A stretch of DNA of 64,000 nt from NCBI GenBank assembly GCA_021820465.1, contig JAKADP010000001.1, forward strand, positions 45,119-109,118. The letters are read 5' to 3'. A program made the translations under genes and the position numbers. This DNA is from Bacillota bacterium (GTDB lineage: Bacteria; Bacillota; Sulfobacillia; Sulfobacillales; JAIMBI01). The notes below the pieces were generated by a model that was given only the letters and a program-made list of their open reading frames with translations, made no database searches and was not told where the DNA came from. Below are positions 1 through 8,219 of the stretch, piece after piece. Position 1 is the stretch's first letter, and every line of letters starts with the position of its first letter.

Positions 1-215
1 AAAAAGCACACCAAATCCTCTGTGCTCCGGTTCTTGGCGGCATCGCGCCGCATCGCCGCCTGGAGCTCCATCTCGGTGAGGGGGCCAGGCACGCGGAGCG
101 GCCGGCCCAGCCGGGCCGCGGCGGGAATATCCTCAAACAGAGACCCTGTGTCCGAGAGACCCAGCGCGGCCAACATGGCAGCGCGGTCATCGGCCGTGTG
201 GGGAATATAGCGCAT
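1..215 (-). CDS. gcvPA: Glycine dehydrogenase (aminomethyl-transferring) subunit 1, N-terminal fragment running off the left window edge
   Basis: Not in the ORF track because it is truncated. Manual translation from ATG 215-213 gives MRYIPHTADDRAAMLAALGLSDTGSLFEDIPAAARLGRPLRVPGPLTEMELQAAMRRDAAKN..., a typical GcvPA N-terminus. GAAGGAG lies 12 nt upstream. It follows gcvT-gcvH on the same strand. Confidence 0.8.
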   Translation of the reverse strand, partial: MRYIPHTADDRAAMLAALGLSDTGSLFEDIPAAARLGRPLRVPGPLTEMELQAAMRRDAAKNRSTEDLVCF

Positions 216-304
216 CGTATCGTGCCGCTCCTTCGTGAAATAGGCTCAAGCTAGGCTCGCCGTCGGGTGCGCCGCCCGTGTCCCGCAGGGGACCGATGTG
301 CCCG

Positions 305-685
305 TCAATCCGGCAGCGCCCGATACCCGGCAGCATCCAACAGCACTGGGCCCGCCGCGATGGGCTCCTCCGGGTCCACCCGCACGAGCCACCCCTCGCC
401 GTAAGGATCCTGGTTCACCAGCTCGGGGCGGTCCTTGAGCTGCTCGTTGACGGCCACGACCGTCCCCGTCACCGGCGAAAAGAGATCCGACACCGACTTC
501 ACGGACTCGACCACGCCAAACACGGTGCCGCGCTCCACGTGCCGCCCCACCTCGGGCAGGTCAAGAAATACCACGTCCCCGAGCGCGTCCTGCGCATGGT
601 CCGTGATGCCCACCGTCCCGTCGCCGGCAATCCACTCATGCTCCGCCGTGTACCAGCGGCCCTCGGGTACCTTGCCACTTGCCAT
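305..685 (-). CDS. gcvH: Glycine cleavage system H protein (126 aa)
   Basis: This is the C-terminal 126 aa of ORF 305..1198. The sequence MASGKVPEGRWYTAEHEWI...VESVKSVSDLFSPVTG carries the lipoyl-lysine motif. ATG is at 685-683. The upstream part of the ORF is Arg/Gly-rich filler. Confidence 0.9.
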   Translation of the reverse strand: MASGKVPEGRWYTAEHEWIAGDGTVGITDHAQDALGDVVFLDLPEVGRHVERGTVFGVVESVKSVSDLFSPVTGTVVAVNEQLKDRPELVNQDPYGEGWLVRVDPEEPIAAGPVLLDAAGYRALPD

Positions 686-732
686 GCGTGCCCCCCTCTT
701 CTCTTCCTGCCACACCCCTGCACGGCCCGGCC

Positions 733-1851
733 TTACGACGGCCGCCGGTAGAACGGCAACTTCACCACAACCGCCGGCACCGTCCGGCCCCGCCCCTCGA
801 CCATCACGGCATCGCCCGCCTTGACGCCCCACGCGCGCGGCACCAGCGCCATGGCGATGGGCACCTCCAACGTCGGCGAGTGTGTCCCGGACGTCACCAC
901 GCCTTGCCCCGGACTCCCGGCCCGCCGGACGGCGTATCCGGCCCGCGGAATGCCCCCCTCGGCACGGAGCCCCACCAGCCGCCGCCGCGGTCCCGCTTCC
1001 TTCTGCTCCAGTAGGGCGTCCCGGCCGATGAACCCCCCGGGCTTCTCCCACTTCACGAAACTGCCCAGTCCCGCCTCGAGCGGGGTGATGTCTCGCGCCA
1101 ACTCGTGCCCGTACAAGGGCAGCCGCGCCTCGAGGCGCAAGGTGTCCCGGGCCCCCAGCCCCACCGGCTGGACCCCGTGGCGCACCAGCGCCTCCCACAG
1201 CGCCGGCGCCTCCCCAGCCGCCACATACAGCTCGAAGCCGTCCTCCCCGGTGTAGCCCGTGCGGGAGACCAAGGCCCGAACCCCCGCGACCGACACGCCC
1301 TCCCGAAAGTGATAGTAGCCGATATCGCCCACGGCGCGGTCGGCCAGGTTCTCGACTGCGGCGACCGCGCCCGGCCCTTGGACGGCGATGAGGGCCACCT
1401 CCGCCGACACATCCCGCACGGTGACCTCCTCGGGCCTTTCGGCCGCCGCCGCGAGCATCCAGCGGTGGTCGTCCTCCCGGTTGCCTGCATTCGTGACCAG
1501 CAGATAGCGGTTCGCGGCCCGCCGGTACACCAGCAAATCATCCTGCGTGCCGCCGTCCGGCCGGCACATGGGGGTGTACAGGGCCTGACCGTCTTCCAGG
1601 CGGCTCGCCCAGTTCGTGACCAGCCGGTCCACCAGCGCGCCGGCCTCGTCGCCTTCCACCAGAAACTCGGCCATGTGCGACACGTCGAACATGCCGACGT
1701 CCGCCCGCACCCGGCGATGCTCCTGCAAGATCCCCTCGTAAAAAATCGGCATCCAAAATCCGCCGAACTCACCCATGCGGGCTCCCGCCGCCTCATGCCA
1801 AGCCGTCAAAGGGGTCGTGCGCCACGGGCTCGCGGGGGATGTCTCTGGCAT
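733..1851 (-). CDS. gcvT: Aminomethyltransferase (glycine cleavage T protein)
   Basis: ORF 733..1947 contains GMFDVSHMAEF, VSRTGYTGEDGFE and RDTLRLEARLPLYGHEL. The internal ATG at 1851 is preceded by GAGGAGG, giving 372 aa. The 32 codons upstream look non-coding. Confidence 0.9.
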   Translation of the reverse strand: MPETSPASPWRTTPLTAWHEAAGARMGEFGGFWMPIFYEGILQEHRRVRADVGMFDVSHMAEFLVEGDEAGALVDRLVTNWASRLEDGQALYTPMCRPDGGTQDDLLVYRRAANRYLLVTNAGNREDDHRWMLAAAAERPEEVTVRDVSAEVALIAVQGPGAVAAVENLADRAVGDIGYYHFREGVSVAGVRALVSRTGYTGEDGFELYVAAGEAPALWEALVRHGVQPVGLGARDTLRLEARLPLYGHELARDITPLEAGLGSFVKWEKPGGFIGRDALLEQKEAGPRRRLVGLRAEGGIPRAGYAVRRAGSPGQGVVTSGTHSPTLEVPIAMALVPRAWGVKAGDAVMVEGRGRTVPAVVVKLPFYRRPS

Positions 1852-1943
1852 GCGACGCCTCCTCTTCTTCTCGGAACGTGTCATCCAGGCGCTCCCGATT
1901 AGTGTACCGAACTTACTGCCGCTTGCCGGCGCGCCCGAGCCCC

Positions 1944-3017
1944 TCATCCCCCTAGCGTGCGCGCCAGTGCCTCATCCACCAGTGCCGCCGGCACGGCGGA
2001 GCGCACCGCGCGCCCGGGAGCCGCCAGCAGCACCCACGACAGCTCATGGCTGGTGGCCTTCTTGTCTTTGGCCAGAAACGCTCGCACCGCGGCCTCATCG
2101 AGGCCGCGCGCCCGCGTGGGCATGCCCCACCGCTCCAGCACCCGGGCGAGCGCCGCGCCCACCGCGGGATCCAGCCCCAGCAGGCGCTCAGACAGGAAGC
2201 AGGCCGCCAAGAGCCCGATCCCCACTGCCTCGCCATGGGCCATGGGGCCCATGCCGGCCGCCGCTTCGACGGCGTGGCCCAGCGTGTGGCCCAGGTTCAA
2301 AAGGCTCCGGCCCCCGTCCGCTTGGCGCTCCTCGGGATCGCCGGCCACCACCCGCACCTTGAACTGCGCGGCCGCCTCCGCCAGGCTGGCCAGCTCCGGA
2401 CGCCCTTCGGGCGGAGCCGGCAGCGCCGCGGCCCGCTGCCACGGCTCTCCCCCTAGCAGCAGGGCCGCCTTCACCACCTCGCCCAATCCGGATCGCCACT
2501 CGCGCGGGGGTAAGGTGTCCAGCCACCCGGGGTCGGCCAGGACGAGGTGCGGCGGGTGAAAGGCCCCCACTAGGTTCTTGCCTGCCGCCAAGTCGATGGC
2601 GGTTTTGCCGCCAATGGCCGCGTCCACCTGTCCCAGGAGGGTCGTGGGAACCGCCAGCCACGGCACTCCTCGCAGATAGACCGCGGCAGCAAAGCCCACC
2701 GCGTCCGTCACGGCGCCGCCGCCGACGGCTGCCAGCCAGCCGTCTCGCCGCACGCCGTGCGCCAGCGCGGCGGCCACGATCTGCTCGATGGCGCCCCACC
2801 GCTTCACCGATTCTCCGCCAGCCAGCACCAGCCGCCCCACGGCCATCCCCGCTCGCTCCAGCGGCGCCGCCACCGAGTCCGCGCGGTCGGCCACCGCCGC
2901 ATCCACGACCATCAGCCCCCGGGTATCGCGCCAGGTGTCGGGCACATGCGCCCCCAGGGCCGCGAGCGCGCCCGTGCCGCCGACCACCACGCCGGGGCCC
3001 TGCGGCTCAGTCCACAT
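1944..3017 (-). CDS. aroB: 3-dehydroquinate synthase
   Basis: ORF 1944..3227 contains GGGAVTDAVGFAAAVYLRGVPWLAVPTTLLGQVDAAIGGKTAIDL and LNLGHTLGHAVE. The start is taken at ATG 3017 (MWTEPQG...), giving 357 aa. Confidence 0.9.
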   Translation of the reverse strand: MWTEPQGPGVVVGGTGALAALGAHVPDTWRDTRGLMVVDAAVADRADSVAAPLERAGMAVGRLVLAGGESVKRWGAIEQIVAAALAHGVRRDGWLAAVGGGAVTDAVGFAAAVYLRGVPWLAVPTTLLGQVDAAIGGKTAIDLAAGKNLVGAFHPPHLVLADPGWLDTLPPREWRSGLGEVVKAALLLGGEPWQRAAALPAPPEGRPELASLAEAAAQFKVRVVAGDPEERQADGGRSLLNLGHTLGHAVEAAAGMGPMAHGEAVGIGLLAACFLSERLLGLDPAVGAALARVLERWGMPTRARGLDEAAVRAFLAKDKKATSHELSWVLLAAPGRAVRSAVPAALVDEALARTLGG

Positions 3018-3549
3018 AGCCTGCCTCCCGAAGCCGCCGGGCCAATTCTGCCGCCACCGCCTCCGCGGGCGGCGCGCCGTCGATGACCCAGTGCGCCGCC
3101 GCCGCATAGGCACCCTGCCGCTCCTCCCACAGCCGACGGGCCGCCGCCGGCCCATCGGCCCAGAGCGGGCGCCCAACGCCCGTGACCCGCTCCTCCAATA
3201 CCGGCCAGTCGGCCTTGAGCCACACAACGAGACACGCCCGCTGCGTCAGGATGGTGCGGGCTGCGGCGGTGCACGGCGTTCCGCCCCCCAGCGCCCAGAT
3301 GCCCGGCTCCTCGCGCATCAGGTGGCGCAGCGCGGCCATCTCCGCCATGCGAAACGTCGGCTCGCCCCGCGCGAAGAGAGCCGCAATGGACTCGTGCTGC
3401 TCGGCCGCCACCCGCGCATCGAGGTCTTCAAACCGCGCGCCCAACGCCTCCGCCAGCCGTCGGCCCACGAACGACTTGCCAGCCCCCATGAACCCAATGA
3501 GGGCGACGGGCTTTAAAAGCGTCGGACTCTGTCGCCCCACTGCTGCCAT
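3007..3549 (-). CDS. aroK: Shikimate kinase
   Basis: 180-aa ORF with the P-loop LIGFMGAGKS and shikimate kinase length and layout. It overlaps the aroB start by 11 nt and the aroC end by 37 nt. Confidence 0.85.
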   Translation of the reverse strand: MAAVGRQSPTLLKPVALIGFMGAGKSFVGRRLAEALGARFEDLDARVAAEQHESIAALFARGEPTFRMAEMAALRHLMREEPGIWALGGGTPCTAAARTILTQRACLVVWLKADWPVLEERVTGVGRPLWADGPAAARRLWEERQGAYAAAAHWVIDGAPPAEAVAAELARRLREAGYVD

Positions 3550-4676
3550 CGCTCCTGAATCTCCTCCAGCGAGTCGCCGCCAAACTTCTCCAAAACCGCC
3601 GCGGCCACCACGTGCAGCGCCATGGCCTCCCCCACGATGACGGCCGACGGCACAGCCGTCACATCGGATCGCTCCACCTGCGCCTCATAGGCCTCTTTCG
3701 TTGCAATATCCACGCTGGCAAGCGGCTTTACCAGGGTCGACAGCGGCTTCATGCCCACGCGAATGACCACAGGCGCCCCGGTGGTGATGCCTCCTTCAAT
3801 GCCGCCAGCCCGGTTGCTGTCACGGTAGAATCCTTGGGCCGCCGACCAGCGAATGGGGTCGTGCACCTGCGAGCCGGACGCCTCGGTCTGGCGAAATCCC
3901 GTGCCCATTTCCACCGCCTTCATGGCCGGAATCGACAGCATGGCCATCGCCAGCTGGGACTCCAGCCGCCGGTGCCACTGGACGTAGCTGCCTAAGCCCA
4001 CCGGCAAGCCAAACACGCGCACCTCAAACTGGCCGCCTAGGGTATCGCCCGCTAACTTGGCCGCGTCGATGGCGGCCGTCATGGCCGCCTCCGCCTCGCG
4101 GTCAATGACGCGCACCGGGGACTCGTCCACCCGGTCAAACTCGTCCGGCGTGTACGCGCGATCGGGGACGGTATGCGGGCCAATGCGCACGACGTGGCCC
4201 GCCACGCGCACCCCCAGCTCGGACAAGAAGGCCCGCGCGACAGCGGCGGTCGCGACCCTCATCGTGGTTTCGCGGGCGCTGGCCCGCTCCAGCACGTTGC
4301 GCAGGTCGCGGTGCCCGTACTTAATGCCCCCAACCAGGTCGGCATGCCCCGGGCGCGGACGCGTCACGACGCGGTCCGGCTCGCCGGGGTCTGGCGACAT
4401 GCTCTCTCGCCAGTTTTCGTAATCCCGATTGCGCACCAAGAGAGCCACGGGGCTCCCCAGCGTGCGCCCATGGCGGACGCCTCCGAGGATTTCCACCCGG
4501 TCCTGCTCAATCTTTTGGCGGTCGCCGCGCCCGTACCCCTGCTGGCGCCGAGCCAGGTCCCGGTCCACCTGCGCCCGCGTCAGCGGCACCCCCGCCGGCA
4601 CGCCCTCCACGACACCCACCAGTGCCGGGCCATGCGATTCCCCCGCTGACACCCATCGCCACTCGCCCACGTCCAT
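3513..4676 (-). CDS. aroC: Chorismate synthase
   Basis: ORF 3513..4736 contains SAGESHGPALVGVVEGVPAG, RPGHADL and SNRAGGIEGGITTG. ATG 4676 is preceded by AGGAGG. Confidence 0.9.
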   Translation of the reverse strand: MDVGEWRWVSAGESHGPALVGVVEGVPAGVPLTRAQVDRDLARRQQGYGRGDRQKIEQDRVEILGGVRHGRTLGSPVALLVRNRDYENWRESMSPDPGEPDRVVTRPRPGHADLVGGIKYGHRDLRNVLERASARETTMRVATAAVARAFLSELGVRVAGHVVRIGPHTVPDRAYTPDEFDRVDESPVRVIDREAEAAMTAAIDAAKLAGDTLGGQFEVRVFGLPVGLGSYVQWHRRLESQLAMAMLSIPAMKAVEMGTGFRQTEASGSQVHDPIRWSAAQGFYRDSNRAGGIEGGITTGAPVVIRVGMKPLSTLVKPLASVDIATKEAYEAQVERSDVTAVPSAVIVGEAMALHVVAAAVLEKFGGDSLEEIQERWQQWGDRVRRF

Positions 4677-4802
4677 CGTCCCCTCCTGCCGCTGCGACCC
4701 TCTCGGCGTCCACTCTACCGGGTCTTGACCCCCCATGCCAGTGGGCGCTCGTGTATCCTAGACGCGCCCCCGCTGAGAGCTGGACAGGAGGCGACGGAGA
4801 TC

Positions 4803-5882
4803 ATGGCGAGCACGGCGTGTGCGGACGACGGATTCGTGGCCGCCCATGCCGCCTCGGTGCGGGCCCTGGTGTCCCGCCGCGTCCCCGCGAGCGCCGTGGA
4901 CGACGTATGCCAAGACATCTGGCTCGCGTGGTGGCAGGCCAGGTCCGCCGATCGGGCCATTTTGGACCCGGAGGCTTTCCTGCACACGCTGGCCACCCGC
5001 CGCGTCGCCGACTTCTATCGGGCCGGCCGCTCCCGTGCGGGGGAGCATCTCCCAGCGGGCCTGCCGACCCGCCCGGACGACGAGCCCCTCGAGAGCATTC
5101 TGCGCCACGTCAATGTCGTCCCGGGCTCTTTGATGTGGCGGCGGGTCGTGGATGGATACACCCTGCCGGAGTTGGCGCAGGAATTTGCCTTGCCGTTGGG
5201 CACCGTGAAGTCGCGCCTTCACCATGAGCGCCGGAGCCTCGCGCGCCGTCTGCATGACTGGCGCCATCCCGAGGCCGGCAGCCGCCCCCTGGCCCTGTGC
5301 CCCTGCCCCGTGTGCCGCCGCATGCATCAGCTTGCGATGACAGCTTCCGTCCCCACGGATTGGCACCAGGCGCTCTCGGTCACGGTCTCTAGCACCTTGG
5401 CCATGCGCCTGGATGCGACGCTGCGACACTTTTACCCGCTGGCCGAGCCCGTGGACGTGGTATCCCAGTCGCGAGGGTGGCCCCGGCCCACCCAGATCGA
5501 GACGGTGCACCGGCGAAGCTTGCTGAGCCGGTGGGGGCCGGCGGTGCCCACACCACATGGGCAGCCCCAGGTGGGATTCACGCTGCAACCTGAAGACGCC
5601 GCGGCCGTTATGGTGCACTCGCAGCTATCCGCCGCCGACAGCGAGCGCCTCGGCCTTGTCCAAGCCGGGCGCGAGGGGTTCATGCTCAGGGTGCCCGTGA
5701 CGCCCTCCCGTGACCTGGACGACACGCTGTGGCTGCAGCTGCCGGCCAATGCGCGGCTCGAGGCCGCGAGTCCCTCCCCCGTGTGGGTCGGCGCCGTCCA
5801 CGGCGCCGCCGCCGTTCTGTGGCGCCACACCAGGAGCCTGCCCACATTCCCGACGGCCGTCGCACGCTGGGACCGAGGCTAG
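4803..5882 (+). CDS. ECF-type RNA polymerase sigma factor fused to a ~190-aa C-terminal domain of unknown function
   Basis: ORF 4725..5882. ATG 4803 is preceded by AGGAGG. Sigma region 2 is DDVCQDIWLAWW...LATRRVADFYR. Region 4 is a helix-turn-helix, YTLPELAQEFALPLGTVKSRLHHERRSLARRL. The frame then continues through CPCPVCRRMH and about 180 more residues with no visible TM segment. Confidence 0.7.
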   Translation: MASTACADDGFVAAHAASVRALVSRRVPASAVDDVCQDIWLAWWQARSADRAILDPEAFLHTLATRRVADFYRAGRSRAGEHLPAGLPTRPDDEPLESILRHVNVVPGSLMWRRVVDGYTLPELAQEFALPLGTVKSRLHHERRSLARRLHDWRHPEAGSRPLALCPCPVCRRMHQLAMTASVPTDWHQALSVTVSSTLAMRLDATLRHFYPLAEPVDVVSQSRGWPRPTQIETVHRRSLLSRWGPAVPTPHGQPQVGFTLQPEDAAAVMVHSQLSAADSERLGLVQAGREGFMLRVPVTPSRDLDDTLWLQLPANARLEAASPSPVWVGAVHGAAAVLWRHTRSLPTFPTAVARWDRG

Positions 5883-5891
5883 CGGGCGGCC

Positions 5892-5918
5892 GAGAACCTT
5901 TTTGCGCCGGCAGCCGAC
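5892..5918 (+). promoter_or_regulatory. Candidate ECF-type promoter (GAGAACC-N17-CGAC) in front of the MFS gene
   Basis: GAAC at 5894-5897 and CGAC at 5915-5918 are separated by 17 nt, about 40 nt upstream of ATG 5958. This resembles the general ECF -35 AAC / -10 CGT pattern. It is a by-eye motif match only. Confidence 0.3.
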
Positions 5919-5957
5919 CACACCACCGTCAGAGCTCCTGACGGGAGGTGCGGCCCC

Positions 5958-7238
5958 ATGGACATGGATCCGAACACACCCACCAGCGTAAAAGCGCCCG
6001 CCGGTCCGCTGCGAGCGTGGCTGCCGTTCCGGCGCCCGAGCCTGGGCCTCTTGGCCGCCGGGCAGTGGGTATCCACCGTGGGCAATGCGCTGAATGGGCT
6101 GGCGCTGGGATGGCTGGTGCTGAGCGCCACCGACAGCCGGGCCGCGCTGGGCTTCGTGAGCGGAGCCGGCGACGCGGTGGGCCTCTTTACGATGGTGTCC
6201 GGCGTGTGGGTGGACCGCTGGAACCGGCGCCGGGTCATGCTGGGGGCGGACCTGGTCCGCGCGGCCGCCGCGTTGGCGCTGGGTGGGCTGGCCCTGGCCG
6301 GGCAAGCCAGCCTGGGTGCCATTGTGGCGCTCGTCGTGCTGAGCCGGCTGGCAGGCACGTTCTTTGCGCCGGCCTCGTTTGCGCTGCTGCCGGAGCTGGT
6401 GGATCGTGAGGAGCTGGGCGCGGCCAACGGCCTGCTGGCGACCGCCCGCACATCGGCCGGTCTGGTGGGTCAGTTGGCCGGCGGCGCGCTGCTGGGCCTC
6501 TTTGGGCCCGCCGCGCTGTTTCTCCTCAATGGGGCGTCATTCGCGGCGTCCAGCGCCTCTTTGGCCATCATCCGCCCGCGCCCGGCCGCTCCCGCCGCCA
6601 CGCCAACCTCCTCCCCCGCCGGAGGCGCGACGCGCCTCTGGCGTGATTTGGTGGAGGGGCAGCACGCCATCTGGCGCGATGCATTCCTGCGGCGCCTCGT
6701 GCCCATCGCCATGGCGGTCGGCTTTTTCTCGGTGGCCATCTCCGTGCTGGACGTGGCATGGGTGCGCCAGGTGCTGCATGCCGGCCCGATCATCTATGGG
6801 GGCTTCTGGGTGGCCGCCGGGGTGGGCGGCCTGGTGGGCAGCGCGGTGTCCCACCGCCTCGTGCAGCGCTTGGCCGTTGTCCCGCTGAACGTCGCGGCGC
6901 TGATCGCCGTGGGCCTCACCGTGGCCGCGCTGGCGCTCGTGCCCAATGCCGCCTTCGACCTAGTGTGCATGCTGGCCATGGGGCTCGCGCTGGGCGTGCA
7001 AAGCACCAGCATCAACACGGCGCTCCTGCTGATGGTGCCCGAAGAGGCCATTGGGCGGTCCATCGGAGCCATCGGCGCCCTGTCGAACGCCACCGGCCCG
7101 GTGGGGGCCGTCGCCGCGGGCCTCGCCGCCACCGTCTGGCCGATATCACGGGTGCTGTGGCTCTCGGGCGTCTTGGTGGCCCTCACGTCACTCGGGCTCT
7201 TGGGCGTCCGGGCTCCCGCACCTGGCGCGCGCCGCTGA
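5958..7238 (+). CDS. MFS transporter
   Basis: 426 aa, predicted multi-pass and hydrophobic throughout. It has the MFS-like loop VWVDRWNRRRVML after TM2. GGGAGGTG lies 9 nt upstream of the ATG. Confidence 0.75.
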   Translation: MDMDPNTPTSVKAPAGPLRAWLPFRRPSLGLLAAGQWVSTVGNALNGLALGWLVLSATDSRAALGFVSGAGDAVGLFTMVSGVWVDRWNRRRVMLGADLVRAAAALALGGLALAGQASLGAIVALVVLSRLAGTFFAPASFALLPELVDREELGAANGLLATARTSAGLVGQLAGGALLGLFGPAALFLLNGASFAASSASLAIIRPRPAAPAATPTSSPAGGATRLWRDLVEGQHAIWRDAFLRRLVPIAMAVGFFSVAISVLDVAWVRQVLHAGPIIYGGFWVAAGVGGLVGSAVSHRLVQRLAVVPLNVAALIAVGLTVAALALVPNAAFDLVCMLAMGLALGVQSTSINTALLLMVPEEAIGRSIGAIGALSNATGPVGAVAAGLAATVWPISRVLWLSGVLVALTSLGLLGVRAPAPGARR

Positions 7239-7289
7239 CATGCGTACGCCGCGCGCGAGCCGCTCATACTAGCGCGGCGGAGGTGAGCC

Positions 7290-8219
7290 ATGAGTTCCAA
7301 TTCGCCACCCATCGATTGGACCCCCATGATGATCGGGCTGGCCGCCGGCGTTTTGAGCCGCATGCTCTCCCTGAAGTCCGGGCGGCGAGACTATCCCGGG
7401 TATCCCAGCGGATACGTCATCCAGGTGGCCATGGCCCTTATCGCCGCACTCATCGGGGCCGCCATCGTCACGTCGCTGGTCGCCAAGCAGCTGACGGCGG
7501 CCACCTTCCTGACGCTGGCGGCCACGCAGTTCTACAACCTGCGTCAGGCGGAGCGCAATACCCTGGACAAGGAAGAACAACTCATCCTGGTGCCGCGCGG
7601 GCCCTCGTACATCGAGGGCATCGCGCGCACGTACGAGGCGCGCGCCTTTCTGGCGATGCTGGTGGCACTGGCCGTGTCCGGCCTCACGGCTTGGGCCGGC
7701 GTGGTTCCGGGCGTGCTGGGCGGGCTGGGAATCCTGGTGCTCTCCCAGCAGATGATGGCGGGTGCCGTCGTGGGGGATGTCATCGACGTGACTCCAGGCA
7801 CCATTCGCTTCACCAAGGAATCGCTCCTGTACGTCGATGACGTCATGCTGATGGAAATTGGGCTGCCCCACTCGCGACAGCGCTGGATGGCGGAGGGATA
7901 CGGGGTCATTCTGAGTCCCAAGGGTCCGCGCGGCCAGGCCGTGCTCTGGAACCTGGCGCAGCGGCAAGCCATTACCCACGAGGCCGTCACCGCCGTCGGC
8001 GTGCAGAAGGACGTAGGCTACCCCGAGCAGGGCGCGCTCACACGCATGGAGCTGCCGAACGCGACCGGCCGTGCCGCCCTAGGCGTCATCCCCGTCGATC
8101 GGGATATGGCGAAGCTGGTAAAAGCTATCCGCCAGACGCCCCTGCTGGAGAGCGGCAAGTGGAACCGCATCTCAAGCCCGGTGCTGGTTCAGGGGCCGAT
8201 GGGTGGCGCCGGGTCGTAG
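7290..8219 (+). CDS. YIEGIA-family membrane protein
   Basis: 309 aa. It contains the literal family-defining motif PSYIEGIARTYEAR between N-terminal TM helices, plus a soluble C-terminal half. GGAGGTGA SD. Confidence 0.75.
   Translation: MSSNSPPIDWTPMMIGLAAGVLSRMLSLKSGRRDYPGYPSGYVIQVAMALIAALIGAAIVTSLVAKQLTAATFLTLAATQFYNLRQAERNTLDKEEQLILVPRGPSYIEGIARTYEARAFLAMLVALAVSGLTAWAGVVPGVLGGLGILVLSQQMMAGAVVGDVIDVTPGTIRFTKESLLYVDDVMLMEIGLPHSRQRWMAEGYGVILSPKGPRGQAVLWNLAQRQAITHEAVTAVGVQKDVGYPEQGALTRMELPNATGRAALGVIPVDRDMAKLVKAIRQTPLLESGKWNRISSPVLVQGPMGGAGS

Noticed and set aside
305-1198. N-terminally extended versions of real genes as listed in the ORF track. Examples are 305-1198 for gcvH, 41008-41958 for lspA, 51383-53023 for ftsZ, 14638-16629 for murD, 45557-46312 for sepF and 47577-48269 for ylmC.
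   Set aside because: The conserved family N-termini begin at internal ATG/GTG codons with good SD sequences. The extensions overlap the upstream gene and are compositionally aberrant.
1852-1943. Possible glycine riboswitch in the aroB-gcvT spacer, since gcvT operons often carry one.
   Set aside because: The spacer is only 92 nt. Read on the minus strand, it lacks the conserved glycine-aptamer strings I remember (GGAGAG...CACCG...CTCAGGCAAAAGGAC). Only a strong SD is evident. A covariance-model scan (RF00504) would settle it.
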